A stretch of DNA of 33,844 nt. Origin: a virus (taxonomy: Duplodnaviria; Heunggongvirae; Uroviricota; Caudoviricetes). Below the pieces are notes generated by a model. It was not told the DNA's origin. It did not search any database and saw nothing but the letters and a program-made list of their open reading frames with translations. Made by a program: the position numbers and the translations under genes. Positions 17,403-28,034 of this stretch are shown here, in pieces; within the stretch, counting starts at the first letter, position 1; each line of letters starts with the position of its first letter. The stretch is from IMG/VR virus record IMGVR_UViG_3300029042_000248. The stretch is one strand, 5' to 3'.

Positions 17403-17714
17403 ATGAGTGAAAAAGCAGGAACCAAAGGCGCGAAAGCCGCAAAGAACGGCGCAGCACAGGAAAACCCGGCACCGCTGGCAGACGTTATTGTGGCTGACGG
17501 TCAGGCGAATGAACCACGTCCGGCTGAAGACCCGGTTACTGTACAGGGTGACGCCCCTGTCCGGCTGAACGTCCGGGCCGTGTCTGAAAACGGGTTCTGG
17601 CGCTGTGGCCGTTTCTGGTCACATGCCGGTGAGGATGTGGCGGTGAGCGCTGCGGTTGCCACCCGCCTGATGGCAGAGCCGAATCTGATTGTCCGGGAAG
17701 CGGAGAAAGGCTGA
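17403..17714 (+). CDS. Hypothetical head-associated protein, Mu gp35 position (103 aa)
   Basis: ORF after major head gene; Ala/Pro-rich N-terminus. Confidence 0.5.
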   Translation: MSEKAGTKGAKAAKNGAAQENPAPLADVIVADGQANEPRPAEDPVTVQGDAPVRLNVRAVSENGFWRCGRFWSHAGEDVAVSAAVATRLMAEPNLIVREAEKG

Positions 17715-18151
17715 TGGGGTACATCACGCAGGAAGACCTGTTACGCGCAGACGGCAATCTTGTCTGGAACATGGCGATTAACCGGGAAACCAACGGACTG
17801 GATGAAGACAAAATCCGTCAGGCCATCAGTGATGCCGAAGCGGAAATTGATTCGTTTCTGTCCCGCCGCTACCAGCTGCCGCTGGGGGTGACGGAAATCC
17901 CGCGCCCGCTGCAACGCGTGGCGGTATCGCTGGCGTTTTACTGGTTGTCAGAGCGTGACAATCAAATCACGGAGCTGATCCAGAAACGCTACGACGACGC
18001 CATTAAAACCCTGCGTGAGATGGCGAACGGCACCCGTGACCTGGGACTGCCGACGTATGCCACCCCGGCAGAAACCGACCACGGGAAAATCATTGTGGTG
18101 GGTGCCAATGCCCGGCTGTTCACCCGTAACAACCTGAAAGGGGTGCTGTGA
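17714..18151 (+). CDS. Head-tail joining / head completion protein, Mu gp36-like (145 aa)
   Basis: Position and size; coupled to neighbours. Confidence 0.5.
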   Translation: MGYITQEDLLRADGNLVWNMAINRETNGLDEDKIRQAISDAEAEIDSFLSRRYQLPLGVTEIPRPLQRVAVSLAFYWLSERDNQITELIQKRYDDAIKTLREMANGTRDLGLPTYATPAETDHGKIIVVGANARLFTRNNLKGVL

Positions 18152-18693
18152 TGGGGATTTCTGTACAGGTCAGCGGTGACCAGCGGCTGGAGGATATCCG
18201 CCGCGCCGTTGAAAAGCTGGCAGATGGTTCATTGCAGGCAGAGCTGCTGGAGAGCATCGGTGCGGTGGTGGAATCACAGACCCGCCGCCGCATCATCGAT
18301 GAGAAAACCAGTCCGGGTGGCGAACGCTGGCCGGACTGGTCTGACGGGTACAAAAAGACCCGCCACGGCAACCAGAGTCTGCTGCGTGGTGAAGGCCATC
18401 TGCTGGAGAGTATCCAGTACATCGTGGAAAACCGCGTGGTGCGTATCGGTTCACCGCTGGATTATGCCCGCATCATGAATGACGGCTTTTCCGGCAGTGT
18501 GCCGGTCAGCGCCCACAAACGACTTATCTCGCAGTGTTTCGGGCGGGCGCTGAAATATCCGGTCTGGCAGACCGTCGGCGCACATAACCGCATGATGAAC
18601 ATTCCACAACGTGAATTTCTGGGGCTGTCTTCTGCCAATCAGCAGGAGCTGCAACAGGTTATCAGTCATTTCTGGAAGGAGGTTCTGCCATGA
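18148..18693 (+). CDS. Virion morphogenesis / tail completion protein (181 aa)
   Basis: Position between head and sheath genes; family assignment tentative. Confidence 0.5.
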   Translation: MMGISVQVSGDQRLEDIRRAVEKLADGSLQAELLESIGAVVESQTRRRIIDEKTSPGGERWPDWSDGYKKTRHGNQSLLRGEGHLLESIQYIVENRVVRIGSPLDYARIMNDGFSGSVPVSAHKRLISQCFGRALKYPVWQTVGAHNRMMNIPQREFLGLSSANQQELQQVISHFWKEVLP

Positions 18694-19301
18694 CAGAACA
18701 ACGCCCTGAACTGCGCACACCGGGGAGCACCGTTGCGGCCGCAGAGCGCATTGTGGCCTGGCTGAAAACAGCACTTCAGGGGAAAACCCCTGACCGGGCC
18801 GACGTGGTGGAGCGTCACATCGGCCAGTTCAACAGCCCGGAAGAAGTGAAGCGCTATCTGTCCGGTCGTACCGGCTGTATCCGGGTAGCGGCCCTGCGTG
18901 TCCGGGATATCAACCCGCGCGGCGGGCTGTCCGGTCTGGTTACCTGGGTGGCTTACATCATGGCGACGGATTCGTGGGGGTACTCCCGCGACGTGCGCTG
19001 TGAAGTGATGGCCGGAAAGGTGATTAAACGCCTGCTGTCGTCGGATGCCACAGCGGGCATGGGGGCTGAACGCATGGCTGCTGATGTGCGGGCAGACAAC
19101 ATTTACTCCGCCAGCCTCGACGGGCTGGGCGTCACCATGTGGGCGGTGACGTGGGAGCAGGAATTTCAGCTGGATGAAGAGATTGATCTCGCCGCGCTCC
19201 CGGACTTCCTGCGCCTCGGGGCAACGCTGCGTAGCGGTGAACACACTGAAATTAACGACGTGATCCATGTACGGGGTGACGATGGAACAGAAACTGATTA
19301 A
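18690..19301 (+). CDS. Hypothetical structural protein, Mu gp38 position (203 aa)
   Basis: Position; coupled to neighbours. Confidence 0.5.
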   Translation: MTEQRPELRTPGSTVAAAERIVAWLKTALQGKTPDRADVVERHIGQFNSPEEVKRYLSGRTGCIRVAALRVRDINPRGGLSGLVTWVAYIMATDSWGYSRDVRCEVMAGKVIKRLLSSDATAGMGAERMAADVRADNIYSASLDGLGVTMWAVTWEQEFQLDEEIDLAALPDFLRLGATLRSGEHTEINDVIHVRGDDGTETD

Positions 19302-19467
19302 GCCAGCGCGGGAAAACGTCCGTGTCCGTAAACCGGATGGCGCGCATTTATCCCCGGAAGGGGAACGTCTCGACGTCTGCGCTTACTGGCTGCGCCGTGA
19401 AGCCGAGGGAGATGTGGAAATAACCGCGCTTCCGAAAAATAGCAACAAAACCAGAGGGAAAAAATAA
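19282..19467 (+). CDS. Small hypothetical protein (61 aa from ATG 19282)
   Basis: Small ORF directly upstream of the sheath gene; start uncertain (19267 or 19282). Confidence 0.35.
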   Translation: MEQKLIKPARENVRVRKPDGAHLSPEGERLDVCAYWLRREAEGDVEITALPKNSNKTRGKK

Positions 19468-20942
19468 TGTCGCTGGGTTCAATTCCTGATGATATCCGCG
19501 TCCCGCTTGTCTGGATCGATATCGACAATTCACAGGCGCTGGATGGTGCATCCGCGCAGAGCCGAAAAATTCTGGTCATGGGCCATGCGGTATCGTCCGG
19601 CAGCGCAGACGCCCTGTCACTGACCCGCATCACCAGTGACAGCCAGGCAGATCAGCTTTATGGCAAAGGGTCGATGCTGGCTGAAATGCTCAAAATGCTG
19701 CGCCGTGCCAACACGTACACGGAAACCTGGGCAATGCCGGTTGCCGCGCCTGAAGGCGCTGCCGCAAAAGCCACGCTGACCGTGCTGGGGACAGCGACTG
19801 AAGCCGGAACGGTGGCACTGCTGATTAACGGTGTGTCCGTTCAGGTGAGCGTGAGCGCCGGGGCTACGAAGGAAAATATTGCAAAAGCTATTGCTGATGC
19901 GGTGACAAAAAAGCCTGCCACGCAGGTGGCCGCTGCGGTGAAGGATGATGCCACGGATACCGTGGAGCTGACCGTGAACTGGCACGGCGTCACCGGCAAC
20001 GGTGCCGACGTTCGCCTGAACTACTACACCGGTGAAGCCTTCCCGGCAGGTGTGAAGGTGACCGCCACCGCGTTTACCGGCGGCACCGGGACACCGGAAA
20101 TGGCGGATGCCGTTGCGGCCATCGGCCCGGAGTGGTTTACCGATATCATCGCCCCGTTCACCGACACGAAAAGCCTGAACACCCTGCGTGATGAACTGCT
20201 GAACCGCTGGGGGCCGCTCAAAATGATGGAGGCGCAGTTGTGGACGGCGTTTCGTGGCACACACGGCGAGACAGGCACGTTTGGTGAAACCCGCAATGAC
20301 TGGCTGATTAGCTGTATCGGCACCAACCTGTCACCGCATCCGGCGTGGATGTGGGCCGCGTCATACGGCGCAACGGCAGCGTATCACCTTGCCATTGACC
20401 CGGCGCGTCCGCTTCAGACGCTGGTCCTGACCGGCATTCTGCCGCCTGCGCGTAATGTTCGCTGGGATATGCCGGAACGTAACCTGCTGCTGCATGACGG
20501 CATTGCCACGCACATGGTGGACGCCGGGGATAACGTCTGCATCGAGCGTGAAATCACCATGTACCGGGTTAACCAGTACGGTGATGCGGATGTGTCGTAC
20601 CTGGATGTGCAGTCCCCCGCCACGCTGGGCCGTATCCGTTACATCATCAAAAACCGTTTCACGAACCGTTATCCGCGCCACAAGCTGGCAGATGATGACG
20701 TGCTGGACTCACTGGATGCGGGGCAGCCGGTGATGACGCCGAAGCTGTGCACCGCAGAGCTGCTGGATATCTGCCAGACCGAACTTATTCCTGCGGGCCT
20801 TGTGGAGAACTTCAGCGATTACAAGGACACGCTTCAGGTGACACGCGACAGCAGCGATAAAAACCGCCTGAACTTTATCTGCCACCCGAATCTGGTGAAC
20901 CAGCTGCGTGTGCTGGCAGGCCTGATTCAGTTCAAGCTTTAA
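19467..20942 (+). CDS. L: Contractile tail sheath protein (491 aa)
   Basis: Size and position before the tube gene; Mu L-like. Confidence 0.85.
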   Translation: MSLGSIPDDIRVPLVWIDIDNSQALDGASAQSRKILVMGHAVSSGSADALSLTRITSDSQADQLYGKGSMLAEMLKMLRRANTYTETWAMPVAAPEGAAAKATLTVLGTATEAGTVALLINGVSVQVSVSAGATKENIAKAIADAVTKKPATQVAAAVKDDATDTVELTVNWHGVTGNGADVRLNYYTGEAFPAGVKVTATAFTGGTGTPEMADAVAAIGPEWFTDIIAPFTDTKSLNTLRDELLNRWGPLKMMEAQLWTAFRGTHGETGTFGETRNDWLISCIGTNLSPHPAWMWAASYGATAAYHLAIDPARPLQTLVLTGILPPARNVRWDMPERNLLLHDGIATHMVDAGDNVCIEREITMYRVNQYGDADVSYLDVQSPATLGRIRYIIKNRFTNRYPRHKLADDDVLDSLDAGQPVMTPKLCTAELLDICQTELIPAGLVENFSDYKDTLQVTRDSSDKNRLNFICHPNLVNQLRVLAGLIQFKL

Positions 20943-20951
20943 GGGGACCAC

Positions 20952-21308
20952 ATGGCAAAAATTCTTGGCATGGCGACCATTCGCGTGAATGGCCGCGAAA
21001 TTAAAACCGAGGGGAAATCCACGCTGAACCCGGGCGGCTTCAGCCGCACCCAGCATATGGGCGGCGGCAAGGTCTGGGGTATCTCCAGCAAGATGGCCTC
21101 GCCGTCCATCAAAGTGACCATTGCGGCGGCTGCGGATATGGACGTGATTGAAATCAGCAGCTGGGAAGACGTCACGGTGATGTTCTACGGCGACAACGGC
21201 CTGAACTACATGATGACGGGTTCCGCCACGGATAACCCGGCGGAGCTGGACGAGGATTCCGGCACCATCAGTGCCAACTTTATCGGTGAAAAATGCGTGA
21301 AGGTGTGA
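20952..21308 (+). CDS. M: Tail tube protein (118 aa)
   Basis: Small protein immediately after sheath, Mu M-like. Confidence 0.8.
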   Translation: MAKILGMATIRVNGREIKTEGKSTLNPGGFSRTQHMGGGKVWGISSKMASPSIKVTIAAAADMDVIEISSWEDVTVMFYGDNGLNYMMTGSATDNPAELDEDSGTISANFIGEKCVKV

Positions 21309-21309
21309 C

Positions 21310-21705
21310 ATGGCCGCAATGGAATTTGAACTGAAACACGGGCTTCTGACCGGCAAAGGCACGGCAGATGAAACCCTGCATAAAACCGTGAAACTGCGCG
21401 AGCTGACCGCCAGTGACGTGATTGATGCGCAACTGGCCGCAGAACGCGTCGTCATGGGCGGGAACGGAAAGGCGGTGGCCTACTGCTCGGAAGTGCTGAT
21501 GGGGCTGGAGATGATGCGCCGTCAGGTTGCGGCCATCGGCAGCATTCCCGGCCCGCTGGACATGAAACAGCTGCGAATGCTCCACCCGGCAGACCTTGAG
21601 CTTATCAGCACGAAAGCCGCTGCGCTGGATGACATGCTTGAGGAGGTGGCAACGCGGGGGCGAACTGATGCCGCTGGCGGCGGCACTGATGAACCTGCTG
21701 GTTAA
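21310..21705 (+). CDS. Tail assembly chaperone (131 aa)
   Basis: Position between tube and tape measure. Confidence 0.6.
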   Translation: MAAMEFELKHGLLTGKGTADETLHKTVKLRELTASDVIDAQLAAERVVMGGNGKAVAYCSEVLMGLEMMRRQVAAIGSIPGPLDMKQLRMLHPADLELISTKAAALDDMLEEVATRGRTDAAGGGTDEPAG

Positions 21706-21805
21706 CCTGTCCCAGCGATTCAGCATTCAGTACCTGGAACAGCTGCCCCTGCGGCAGCTGTTCCGCCTGATAAAGCAACTGGAGAAACAGCATGGCAACA
21801 GGTAA
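21668..21805 (+). CDS. Overlapping ORF in a different frame between chaperone and tape measure: possible frameshift extension (G/GT-like) or separate small gene
   Basis: Open frame 21596-21805 overlaps the chaperone 3' end and ends inside the tape-measure start; internal ATG at 21668. Confidence 0.3.
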   Translation: MPLAAALMNLLVNLSQRFSIQYLEQLPLRQLFRLIKQLEKQHGNR

Positions 21806-23648
21806 CCGTCTCAGCACGGAAATCACGATCAACCTTGCCGGGAACCTGACCGCCAAAGCCCGGCAGTACGGCGCAAATATGTCGCAGTTCGCCCGGAACC
21901 ATCAGAAGGCCATGCGCCTTGTCAAAGCCACAACGGAGGCCGCAGGACGCGGCCTTGATACGCTGGGCAACCGCTACACGGCAATGATAGCCGGGCTTGG
22001 CAGTAGCCTAACCATCAAACAGGTTGCCGATTTTGATGCGCAGATGCGCCGGATGGGTACGGATGCCCAGTTAACCACTGAACAGGTAAAGACGCTTCAC
22101 GACAAAATCAGGGATGTATCGAACCAGAAAGATATTCGTATTGATGCTTCTGCGCTTGGTCAGGGGGCCAGCGAACTTCTGGGGAAAACCGGTGATTATC
22201 AGTATGTGGTGGACAACCTCCGCAACATGGGGTTGATGATGCAGGCGTTCGGTGTTGACGGACAGGTTGCAGCCGGGCTGATGGCGCAGTTCTGGGAAAA
22301 AAACGTCCGGGGCGCTGATGCGGTCAGTAACATGATGGACAGGCTGTATTCGCAGTTCGCAGTGGGGTCTGTAAGCGTTGCCGATGTTGCCCGCGCTGCC
22401 CCGAAACTGTTTTCCATCATTCAGGATCAGGGACCGGAAGCCATTGCCCAGATGGGGGCATTTGCTCAGGTGTTCGCCAAAAACAAAGGCAGCATTGATG
22501 AAACGGTAACCAGTATTCAGGCCATGTATGCTTCCCTGTCGGACAAAAAGAACATCGAGTTCCTGAAAAAAAACGGCATTGACGTTTTTGTCAAAGGCAC
22601 AAAAGACATCAAAAAGCCCTATGAGCTGATGATGGAAATCCTTAAACGGGCCAAATACGACCCGCTGAAACTTCAGGATGTGTTTGATCTGACCGGAATG
22701 CAGGGGATTAAGGCGCTGCTCAACCCTGAAAACCGGCAACTGATGGAACAAATGATTTACGGCACGATTGATCTGGGTTCCACGCAAAAGGCCGCACAGA
22801 CCAATGCCGAAGGCTTTAATGCTGCAATGCAATCACTGAATAACGAATGGCAACGTTTTGCTGAAGGACAGCTGGCAAAGCCCGTTCAGGACCTGGCGGA
22901 TGCGCTCAACAGCGTGGACCAGAACACTGTCCAGAACTGGTTGCAGGTCGGTAAATATATGGCGATTGCGCTGGGTGGCATTATCGCCATCAGAAAGACG
23001 TATCAGTTCGGTAAAACCATCCACGACATCATGAATCCCAAAGGGAAAGGCAAAGGGATACCCGGTGGCATTACGGATGTTTTCGGCTCCGGCGTGATGC
23101 CGGTTTATGTGGTTAATATGGGCAGTGGCGGAATGAATGGTAATACCGGCGGTCTGCCGGATACACCGGATTCATCGCGCAATCCCCATAACCCACGCAA
23201 TCCACGAGGTTCGGGTAACCGTGGAGGAAAGGCAGGTAAAGGCGCTGGCATCATTGCCGGTGCTCTGGAGTTTTACGATTTTCTGACCACGCAATATGCC
23301 CTGCCGGGTGAGGTTCACAGTCTCACTAAATCCGTTGCCGGTGATGCCAGCGCCAGCCCGTGGGAGCGCGAGTTCGCACAACAAAGCCAGGACAACCAGA
23401 AAGCACTGGAATCCGTCTGGCGTAAGGTAACAGACTGGTTCAATTCGCTTGGTGATAAGAACATTGCCGACCCGCGACCGTGGGCAGGTATGCAACCCAC
23501 ACAGAATTATCCTTTCCTTCCGCAGCAGTTGCAGGGGGAAATCCGTGTGGTGGTGGAAGGTGACGCCCGCGTGAAAAGTGTCAGAGTGGATCAACCCGGC
23601 GTCAGACTCAGTGCGCAGGCTGGCGTCACCAGCGTGGAGCAAGGGTAA
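21792..23648 (+). CDS. Y: Tail tape measure protein (618 aa)
   Basis: Longest tail-region ORF after the chaperone; Gly-rich segment near the C-terminus. Confidence 0.85.
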   Translation: MATGNRLSTEITINLAGNLTAKARQYGANMSQFARNHQKAMRLVKATTEAAGRGLDTLGNRYTAMIAGLGSSLTIKQVADFDAQMRRMGTDAQLTTEQVKTLHDKIRDVSNQKDIRIDASALGQGASELLGKTGDYQYVVDNLRNMGLMMQAFGVDGQVAAGLMAQFWEKNVRGADAVSNMMDRLYSQFAVGSVSVADVARAAPKLFSIIQDQGPEAIAQMGAFAQVFAKNKGSIDETVTSIQAMYASLSDKKNIEFLKKNGIDVFVKGTKDIKKPYELMMEILKRAKYDPLKLQDVFDLTGMQGIKALLNPENRQLMEQMIYGTIDLGSTQKAAQTNAEGFNAAMQSLNNEWQRFAEGQLAKPVQDLADALNSVDQNTVQNWLQVGKYMAIALGGIIAIRKTYQFGKTIHDIMNPKGKGKGIPGGITDVFGSGVMPVYVVNMGSGGMNGNTGGLPDTPDSSRNPHNPRNPRGSGNRGGKAGKGAGIIAGALEFYDFLTTQYALPGEVHSLTKSVAGDASASPWEREFAQQSQDNQKALESVWRKVTDWFNSLGDKNIADPRPWAGMQPTQNYPFLPQQLQGEIRVVVEGDARVKSVRVDQPGVRLSAQAGVTSVEQG

Positions 23649-24922
23649 TGACAACAGGCAAAGGCAAATGGGACGGGCTGCGCGATGCCTCGTTTCGCGG
23701 TGTCCCCTTCTTTCTGGTGGATACGGAAGGCACCGGTGGCCGCAGGGCTATTCCCCGTGCGTATCCCCGGCGTGAAACCGCCTGGACGGATGATAACGGG
23801 GCCGTTCCGGGGCAACAGCAGATTAACGCAAAGCTGCCAGGTAAAAACTTCCAGGATGATTTAAACGCCCTTTTAGACGCGCTCAATACCCCAGGCCCCG
23901 GCGAGCTTATCCACCCGTGGTTCGGGATACAGACCGTACAGGTTGGCAAGGTCACCCATCGCCTCAGCACGGAGGAAGATGGCATTGCGTATGTCACCTT
24001 TGAAGTGTTTGAGGCAGGCGAGCGCCTGTTCCCGTCTGCGGCGGATAACACGCAGCAGGAAGTGCTGACGGGCATTGATGCGGTGAAAGCCGCCATTGAC
24101 GATGGCGACTGGTTCGGCGCACTCGACGGGCTGGGTGAGATGGCCGACAGCTTTCTGGCTGATATGGAGAACCTTGTGGCTAATCTGCCCACGTTACCGG
24201 CAGCACTGAATCAGTGGATGGACAGGCTGAACCATTTTAAGGAGATGGCCGGAACCATCATTGCCACACCGGGGCGTCTGGTCAGTGAGCTGTCCTCGTT
24301 CATCGACGGCGTGGTTGATCTGGTGACGGAACCACCCGAAGCACTGGCGGTTTACACGACATTACGCAACCAGTGGGCCGGAGAACGTGCCCGACAGGTT
24401 GCCACCGGCGCACTGCCGGAAGATATCACCGTGAAGCCAGGCAGCGTGGCAGACGGCGAAATTGGCTTTGCTATCGGGCTGTCACCGGATTATCAGCCGG
24501 TATCTGTCAGCCTGCAGAAGAACATTGACGACTTCCGCCAGGTGGTTGTGCTGGAAACCCTGCTGGGACAGGCAAATGCTGTGGCCTCGATGACGTTCGA
24601 TACCAGTGATGCGGCGTTATCTGCCGGTGACACGCTGGCGGCTGAACTGCATAAGCAGGCGGTGGCAGCGGTGGAAAATAACCAGCGGGCATTGTGGCGA
24701 ACGCTACGCGATTTACGGCAGGCCGTGATTACGGATGTCCGCGAGCGTGCCGCCCGTCTGCCGGAAACCCGACAGGTGACGCTGACCACAACCACATCTG
24801 CCGCATTGCTGGCATGGCGCGAGCATGGTGACACAAGCCGACGGGATGAAATCGTGCAGCGTAACCGCCTGCGCCATCCGTCATTCATACTGCCAACGCA
24901 GCCTGTGGAGATTACCGACTGA
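23648..24922 (+). CDS. N: DNA circularisation protein N-like (424 aa)
   Basis: Position after tape measure; Mu N-like. Confidence 0.75.
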   Translation: MTTGKGKWDGLRDASFRGVPFFLVDTEGTGGRRAIPRAYPRRETAWTDDNGAVPGQQQINAKLPGKNFQDDLNALLDALNTPGPGELIHPWFGIQTVQVGKVTHRLSTEEDGIAYVTFEVFEAGERLFPSAADNTQQEVLTGIDAVKAAIDDGDWFGALDGLGEMADSFLADMENLVANLPTLPAALNQWMDRLNHFKEMAGTIIATPGRLVSELSSFIDGVVDLVTEPPEALAVYTTLRNQWAGERARQVATGALPEDITVKPGSVADGEIGFAIGLSPDYQPVSVSLQKNIDDFRQVVVLETLLGQANAVASMTFDTSDAALSAGDTLAAELHKQAVAAVENNQRALWRTLRDLRQAVITDVRERAARLPETRQVTLTTTTSAALLAWREHGDTSRRDEIVQRNRLRHPSFILPTQPVEITD

Positions 24923-25992
24923 TGGAATCTGTTGTTCTTACCGTTAACGGCAAGCTGTGGGAAGGCTGGACGGAAATGTCCGTCAGTCGTTCCCTGAAGG
25001 CGATTGCCGGTGAGTTTGATCTCAGTGTGACAACCCGCTGGTCGGCAGCAGCACCGCGCGTGATTCGTGAGGGGCAACCCTGCACGGTCAGGCTGGGCGC
25101 GGATACCGTGCTGACGGGGTATATCGATGATTTTATTCCCAGCTATGACGCAGATAACGTGGAGATTCGCGTCATGGGGCGCGACAAAACCGGCGACCTG
25201 GTTGACTGCTCTGTGGTGCATTCGTCCGGGAAATGGAAAGGCGTGCGGCTTGAACAGGTGGCGGCTGATGTCTGCCGCCCGTTCGGGATAACCGTCATCA
25301 CGGAAACCCCGACCGGGGAGGCGTTTGCGTCCGTCGTTCTGGAACAGGGTGAAACGGGGTTTGAACTGCTCGACCGGCTGGCAAAACAGCGCGGCGTTCT
25401 GCTGACGTCTGACGGAGCGGGTAACCTGATTATCACCCGCGCCTCATCCGTTCGCGCGGGTGTGTCACTGGTGCTGGGAGAAAATATCCTCGCCGCCCGT
25501 GGGCGTTTCAGCTGGCGGGAGCGTAACAGCCAGTACATCATCAAAGGCACCACCAGTGCCGGTGGCAAACTGTGGGACAGCCAGCCTGCCTCGATGGTGG
25601 GCGGTCGCCAGTACATCACCGAAGACCCGGAAATTAACCGTTACCGCCCGCGCATTCTGGTCAATGAAGACAGCCTGACCGTGGGCGGGGCCAGCATTCG
25701 CGGGGAATGGTACAAAGCCCGGATGCTGGGGGAATCCCGCACGACGGAAATCACGGTGGCAGGCTGGCGCGAACAGGGCGACAGCGGCCCGCTGTGGCAG
25801 ACCAACCGCCTTGTCGATATCGACGACAGCATTCAGAACCTGAAAACCACCTGGCTGATATCCGGGGTGACCTGGACGGATGGCGCACAGGGGCGGATGA
25901 CGGTTCTGGCGCTGGTTCCGCCAGAATCACTGGACATGCCGGAAATGAAAGCGAAGACGAAGAAAACAAAGGCGGTGGCAACATGGGATTAA
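24922..25992 (+). CDS. P: Baseplate hub protein, Mu P / P2 gpD-like (356 aa)
   Basis: Position and size. Confidence 0.75.
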   Translation: MESVVLTVNGKLWEGWTEMSVSRSLKAIAGEFDLSVTTRWSAAAPRVIREGQPCTVRLGADTVLTGYIDDFIPSYDADNVEIRVMGRDKTGDLVDCSVVHSSGKWKGVRLEQVAADVCRPFGITVITETPTGEAFASVVLEQGETGFELLDRLAKQRGVLLTSDGAGNLIITRASSVRAGVSLVLGENILAARGRFSWRERNSQYIIKGTTSAGGKLWDSQPASMVGGRQYITEDPEINRYRPRILVNEDSLTVGGASIRGEWYKARMLGESRTTEITVAGWREQGDSGPLWQTNRLVDIDDSIQNLKTTWLISGVTWTDGAQGRMTVLALVPPESLDMPEMKAKTKKTKAVATWD

Positions 25993-26519
25993 ACGCCATT
26001 GCCCGCCGTCTGCGGCTGCTGGTTGATCGTGCCGTTGTCCGCATGGTGTCTGACAGTCTGGAGCGGCAGAACCTGCAAATCCAGACGCTGGCAGATGCCA
26101 CTGACGACGACGTGGAACGCTTCCAGAACTACGGGTTTACTTCCGTTCCGCCGGAAGGTTCTGAAGCCATTGTGCTGGCCGTTGGCGGACGGCGTGACGG
26201 GCTGGTTGCCATCGCGGTGGAGGACAAGCGATGTCGCCCGAAAGGACTGTCCCCCGGCGATGTCCGGCTTTATCACCGGGACGGCAAATCACACATCACC
26301 CTGAAGGAAAACGGCGTCATTGAAATCACAGGAGAACAATTAAACGTTTCAGGGAAAACGGTAAATCTCACCGCCGACGAATTGCTGAATATTATCGGTA
26401 AACAAATGAAATTCGTCGGTCCCTGTGAATTTACTGAAGATGTCAGAATTAACGGTAAATCATTCAGCGAACACATTCATAAGGACGGCGACAATGAGAA
26501 TACATCACCGCCCGTATGA
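25983..26519 (+). CDS. Q: Baseplate spike / assembly protein, Mu gp45-like (178 aa from ATG 25983)
   Basis: In-frame ATG at 25983 overlapping the P stop; the track ORF 25707-26519 runs upstream only because no stop intervenes. Confidence 0.7.
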   Translation: MGLNAIARRLRLLVDRAVVRMVSDSLERQNLQIQTLADATDDDVERFQNYGFTSVPPEGSEAIVLAVGGRRDGLVAIAVEDKRCRPKGLSPGDVRLYHRDGKSHITLKENGVIEITGEQLNVSGKTVNLTADELLNIIGKQMKFVGPCEFTEDVRINGKSFSEHIHKDGDNENTSPPV

Positions 26520-26968
26520 CGACAGGAATCCGCTGGAATAACATGCTCTCACGGGGTGACATCACCGTCACCCATAACGGCCTCTCGCTGGATGAGGGGC
26601 TGGTCACTCAGGTTCTTATCTGCCTTTTCACCGATGCCCGTGCTGATGACGATGATGTCATCCCTGATGGTTCCGGCGACCCGCGCGGCTGGCCGGGCGA
26701 CACATACAGCGATTTTTCGTGGGGTTCCCGCCTGTGGCTGCTTGAACGCGAAAAGCTGACGGAAGATGTCCGCCTGCGCGTGGAGGATTACGCGCGACTG
26801 TCCATGCAACCGCTGCTGCGGGCCGGTTACGCCCGTAACGCCACCGTCACGGCCAGCATCATCATCCCTGACTGTATTGCCTTTCAGGTGGTGTTAACCC
26901 GCCCGGACAAAACCACGCTCACAATCGAAATCACCCGCCGATGGGAGGCCACCATTAATGCCGTATGA
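26516..26968 (+). CDS. Baseplate protein, Mu gp46-like (150 aa)
   Basis: Position and size. Confidence 0.7.
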   Translation: MTTGIRWNNMLSRGDITVTHNGLSLDEGLVTQVLICLFTDARADDDDVIPDGSGDPRGWPGDTYSDFSWGSRLWLLEREKLTEDVRLRVEDYARLSMQPLLRAGYARNATVTASIIIPDCIAFQVVLTRPDKTTLTIEITRRWEATINAV

Positions 26969-28034
26969 AATCCCCACGCTGGGCAAACTGATTGCCGACG
27001 GCGAAAAAGATATTGCGTATGAACTCGGCCTGCAAAAGCTGCCGCCTGTCAGTGTTGAGCAGGCGCTGAATGTGTCATTCAGCAGTCAGGTCCGGGATTT
27101 ATACGACCATCAGAGCTGGATCAAGGACCAGATAATTCCGTCCACTACGTCTGATGATGAAACCATTATCAAAACAGCAACGTATGAAGGGGTTATCCGC
27201 AAGCAGGCCACCTTTGCCAGCGGGCCGGTGACCTTCACCAGTCAGTCCCCCATTCCGACAGAAACCCGGATGCAGTCCGACACGAATCAGGTGTATCAGG
27301 TACTCACATCCGGCGAGGTACAGGACGGCGAGGTCACTGTCATCGTGCAGGCTGAAGAAGCCGGTGTGGCGGGCAATCTTGCTGCCGGTGCCGTGCTGAC
27401 CCTGTTATCCCCGCTACCCGGAACGGGCAGCACAGGCGCGGTGACTGAAAGTGGCATCACCGGTGGCGCAGACATCGAATCCATCGCAGAGCTGCTGGAC
27501 CGTCTGCTGTATGTGCGCCGCAATCCCCCGGTGGGCGGTGCACTGCATGATTACGTCATCTGGGCGCGTGAAGTGCCGGGTGTCAGCCGCGCGTGGGCAT
27601 GGGATGCGTGGCACGGCCCCGGCACAGTCGGGCTGGCATGGCTTTATGATGACCGTGAAGACATTATCCCCACACGGGACGACCTGAAGACAATGGAGCA
27701 GTATCTGTTCTGTCACAAACACCCTGCCACGGGCGTTATGGTGGGCAAACCGGGCGGCATCGAGGTCTGGCCGGTACAGGTCAGACTGAAGAAACTCGAC
27801 CTGTCCATCCGTCTGACACCGGACAGCCAGTCGAACAGGAACGCCGTCCGGGCAAACCTGACCGCATTACAGAAAACGCTGGCCCCCGGTCAGATGCTGC
27901 CGGTGTCCTCGCTGCGCACGGCCATCGGTATGACGTCCGGCATCGCGGACTACTTCCTGAACATCGGGGAAGACACTACCAGTGATGTGGATGAGCTTAT
28001 CACCATCGGGGAGGTGACATGGCTCACAGCGTGA
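26958..28034 (+). CDS. Baseplate J-like protein, Mu gp47-like (358 aa)
   Basis: Position and size. Confidence 0.75.
   Translation: MPYEIPTLGKLIADGEKDIAYELGLQKLPPVSVEQALNVSFSSQVRDLYDHQSWIKDQIIPSTTSDDETIIKTATYEGVIRKQATFASGPVTFTSQSPIPTETRMQSDTNQVYQVLTSGEVQDGEVTVIVQAEEAGVAGNLAAGAVLTLLSPLPGTGSTGAVTESGITGGADIESIAELLDRLLYVRRNPPVGGALHDYVIWAREVPGVSRAWAWDAWHGPGTVGLAWLYDDREDIIPTRDDLKTMEQYLFCHKHPATGVMVGKPGGIEVWPVQVRLKKLDLSIRLTPDSQSNRNAVRANLTALQKTLAPGQMLPVSSLRTAIGMTSGIADYFLNIGEDTTSDVDELITIGEVTWLTA

Noticed and set aside
25707-26519. 270-aa ORF suggesting a long baseplate protein starting inside gene P
   Set aside because: The upstream part is just an open alternative frame of P; the in-frame ATG at 25983 overlapping the P stop gives a 178-aa protein consistent with Mu gp45.
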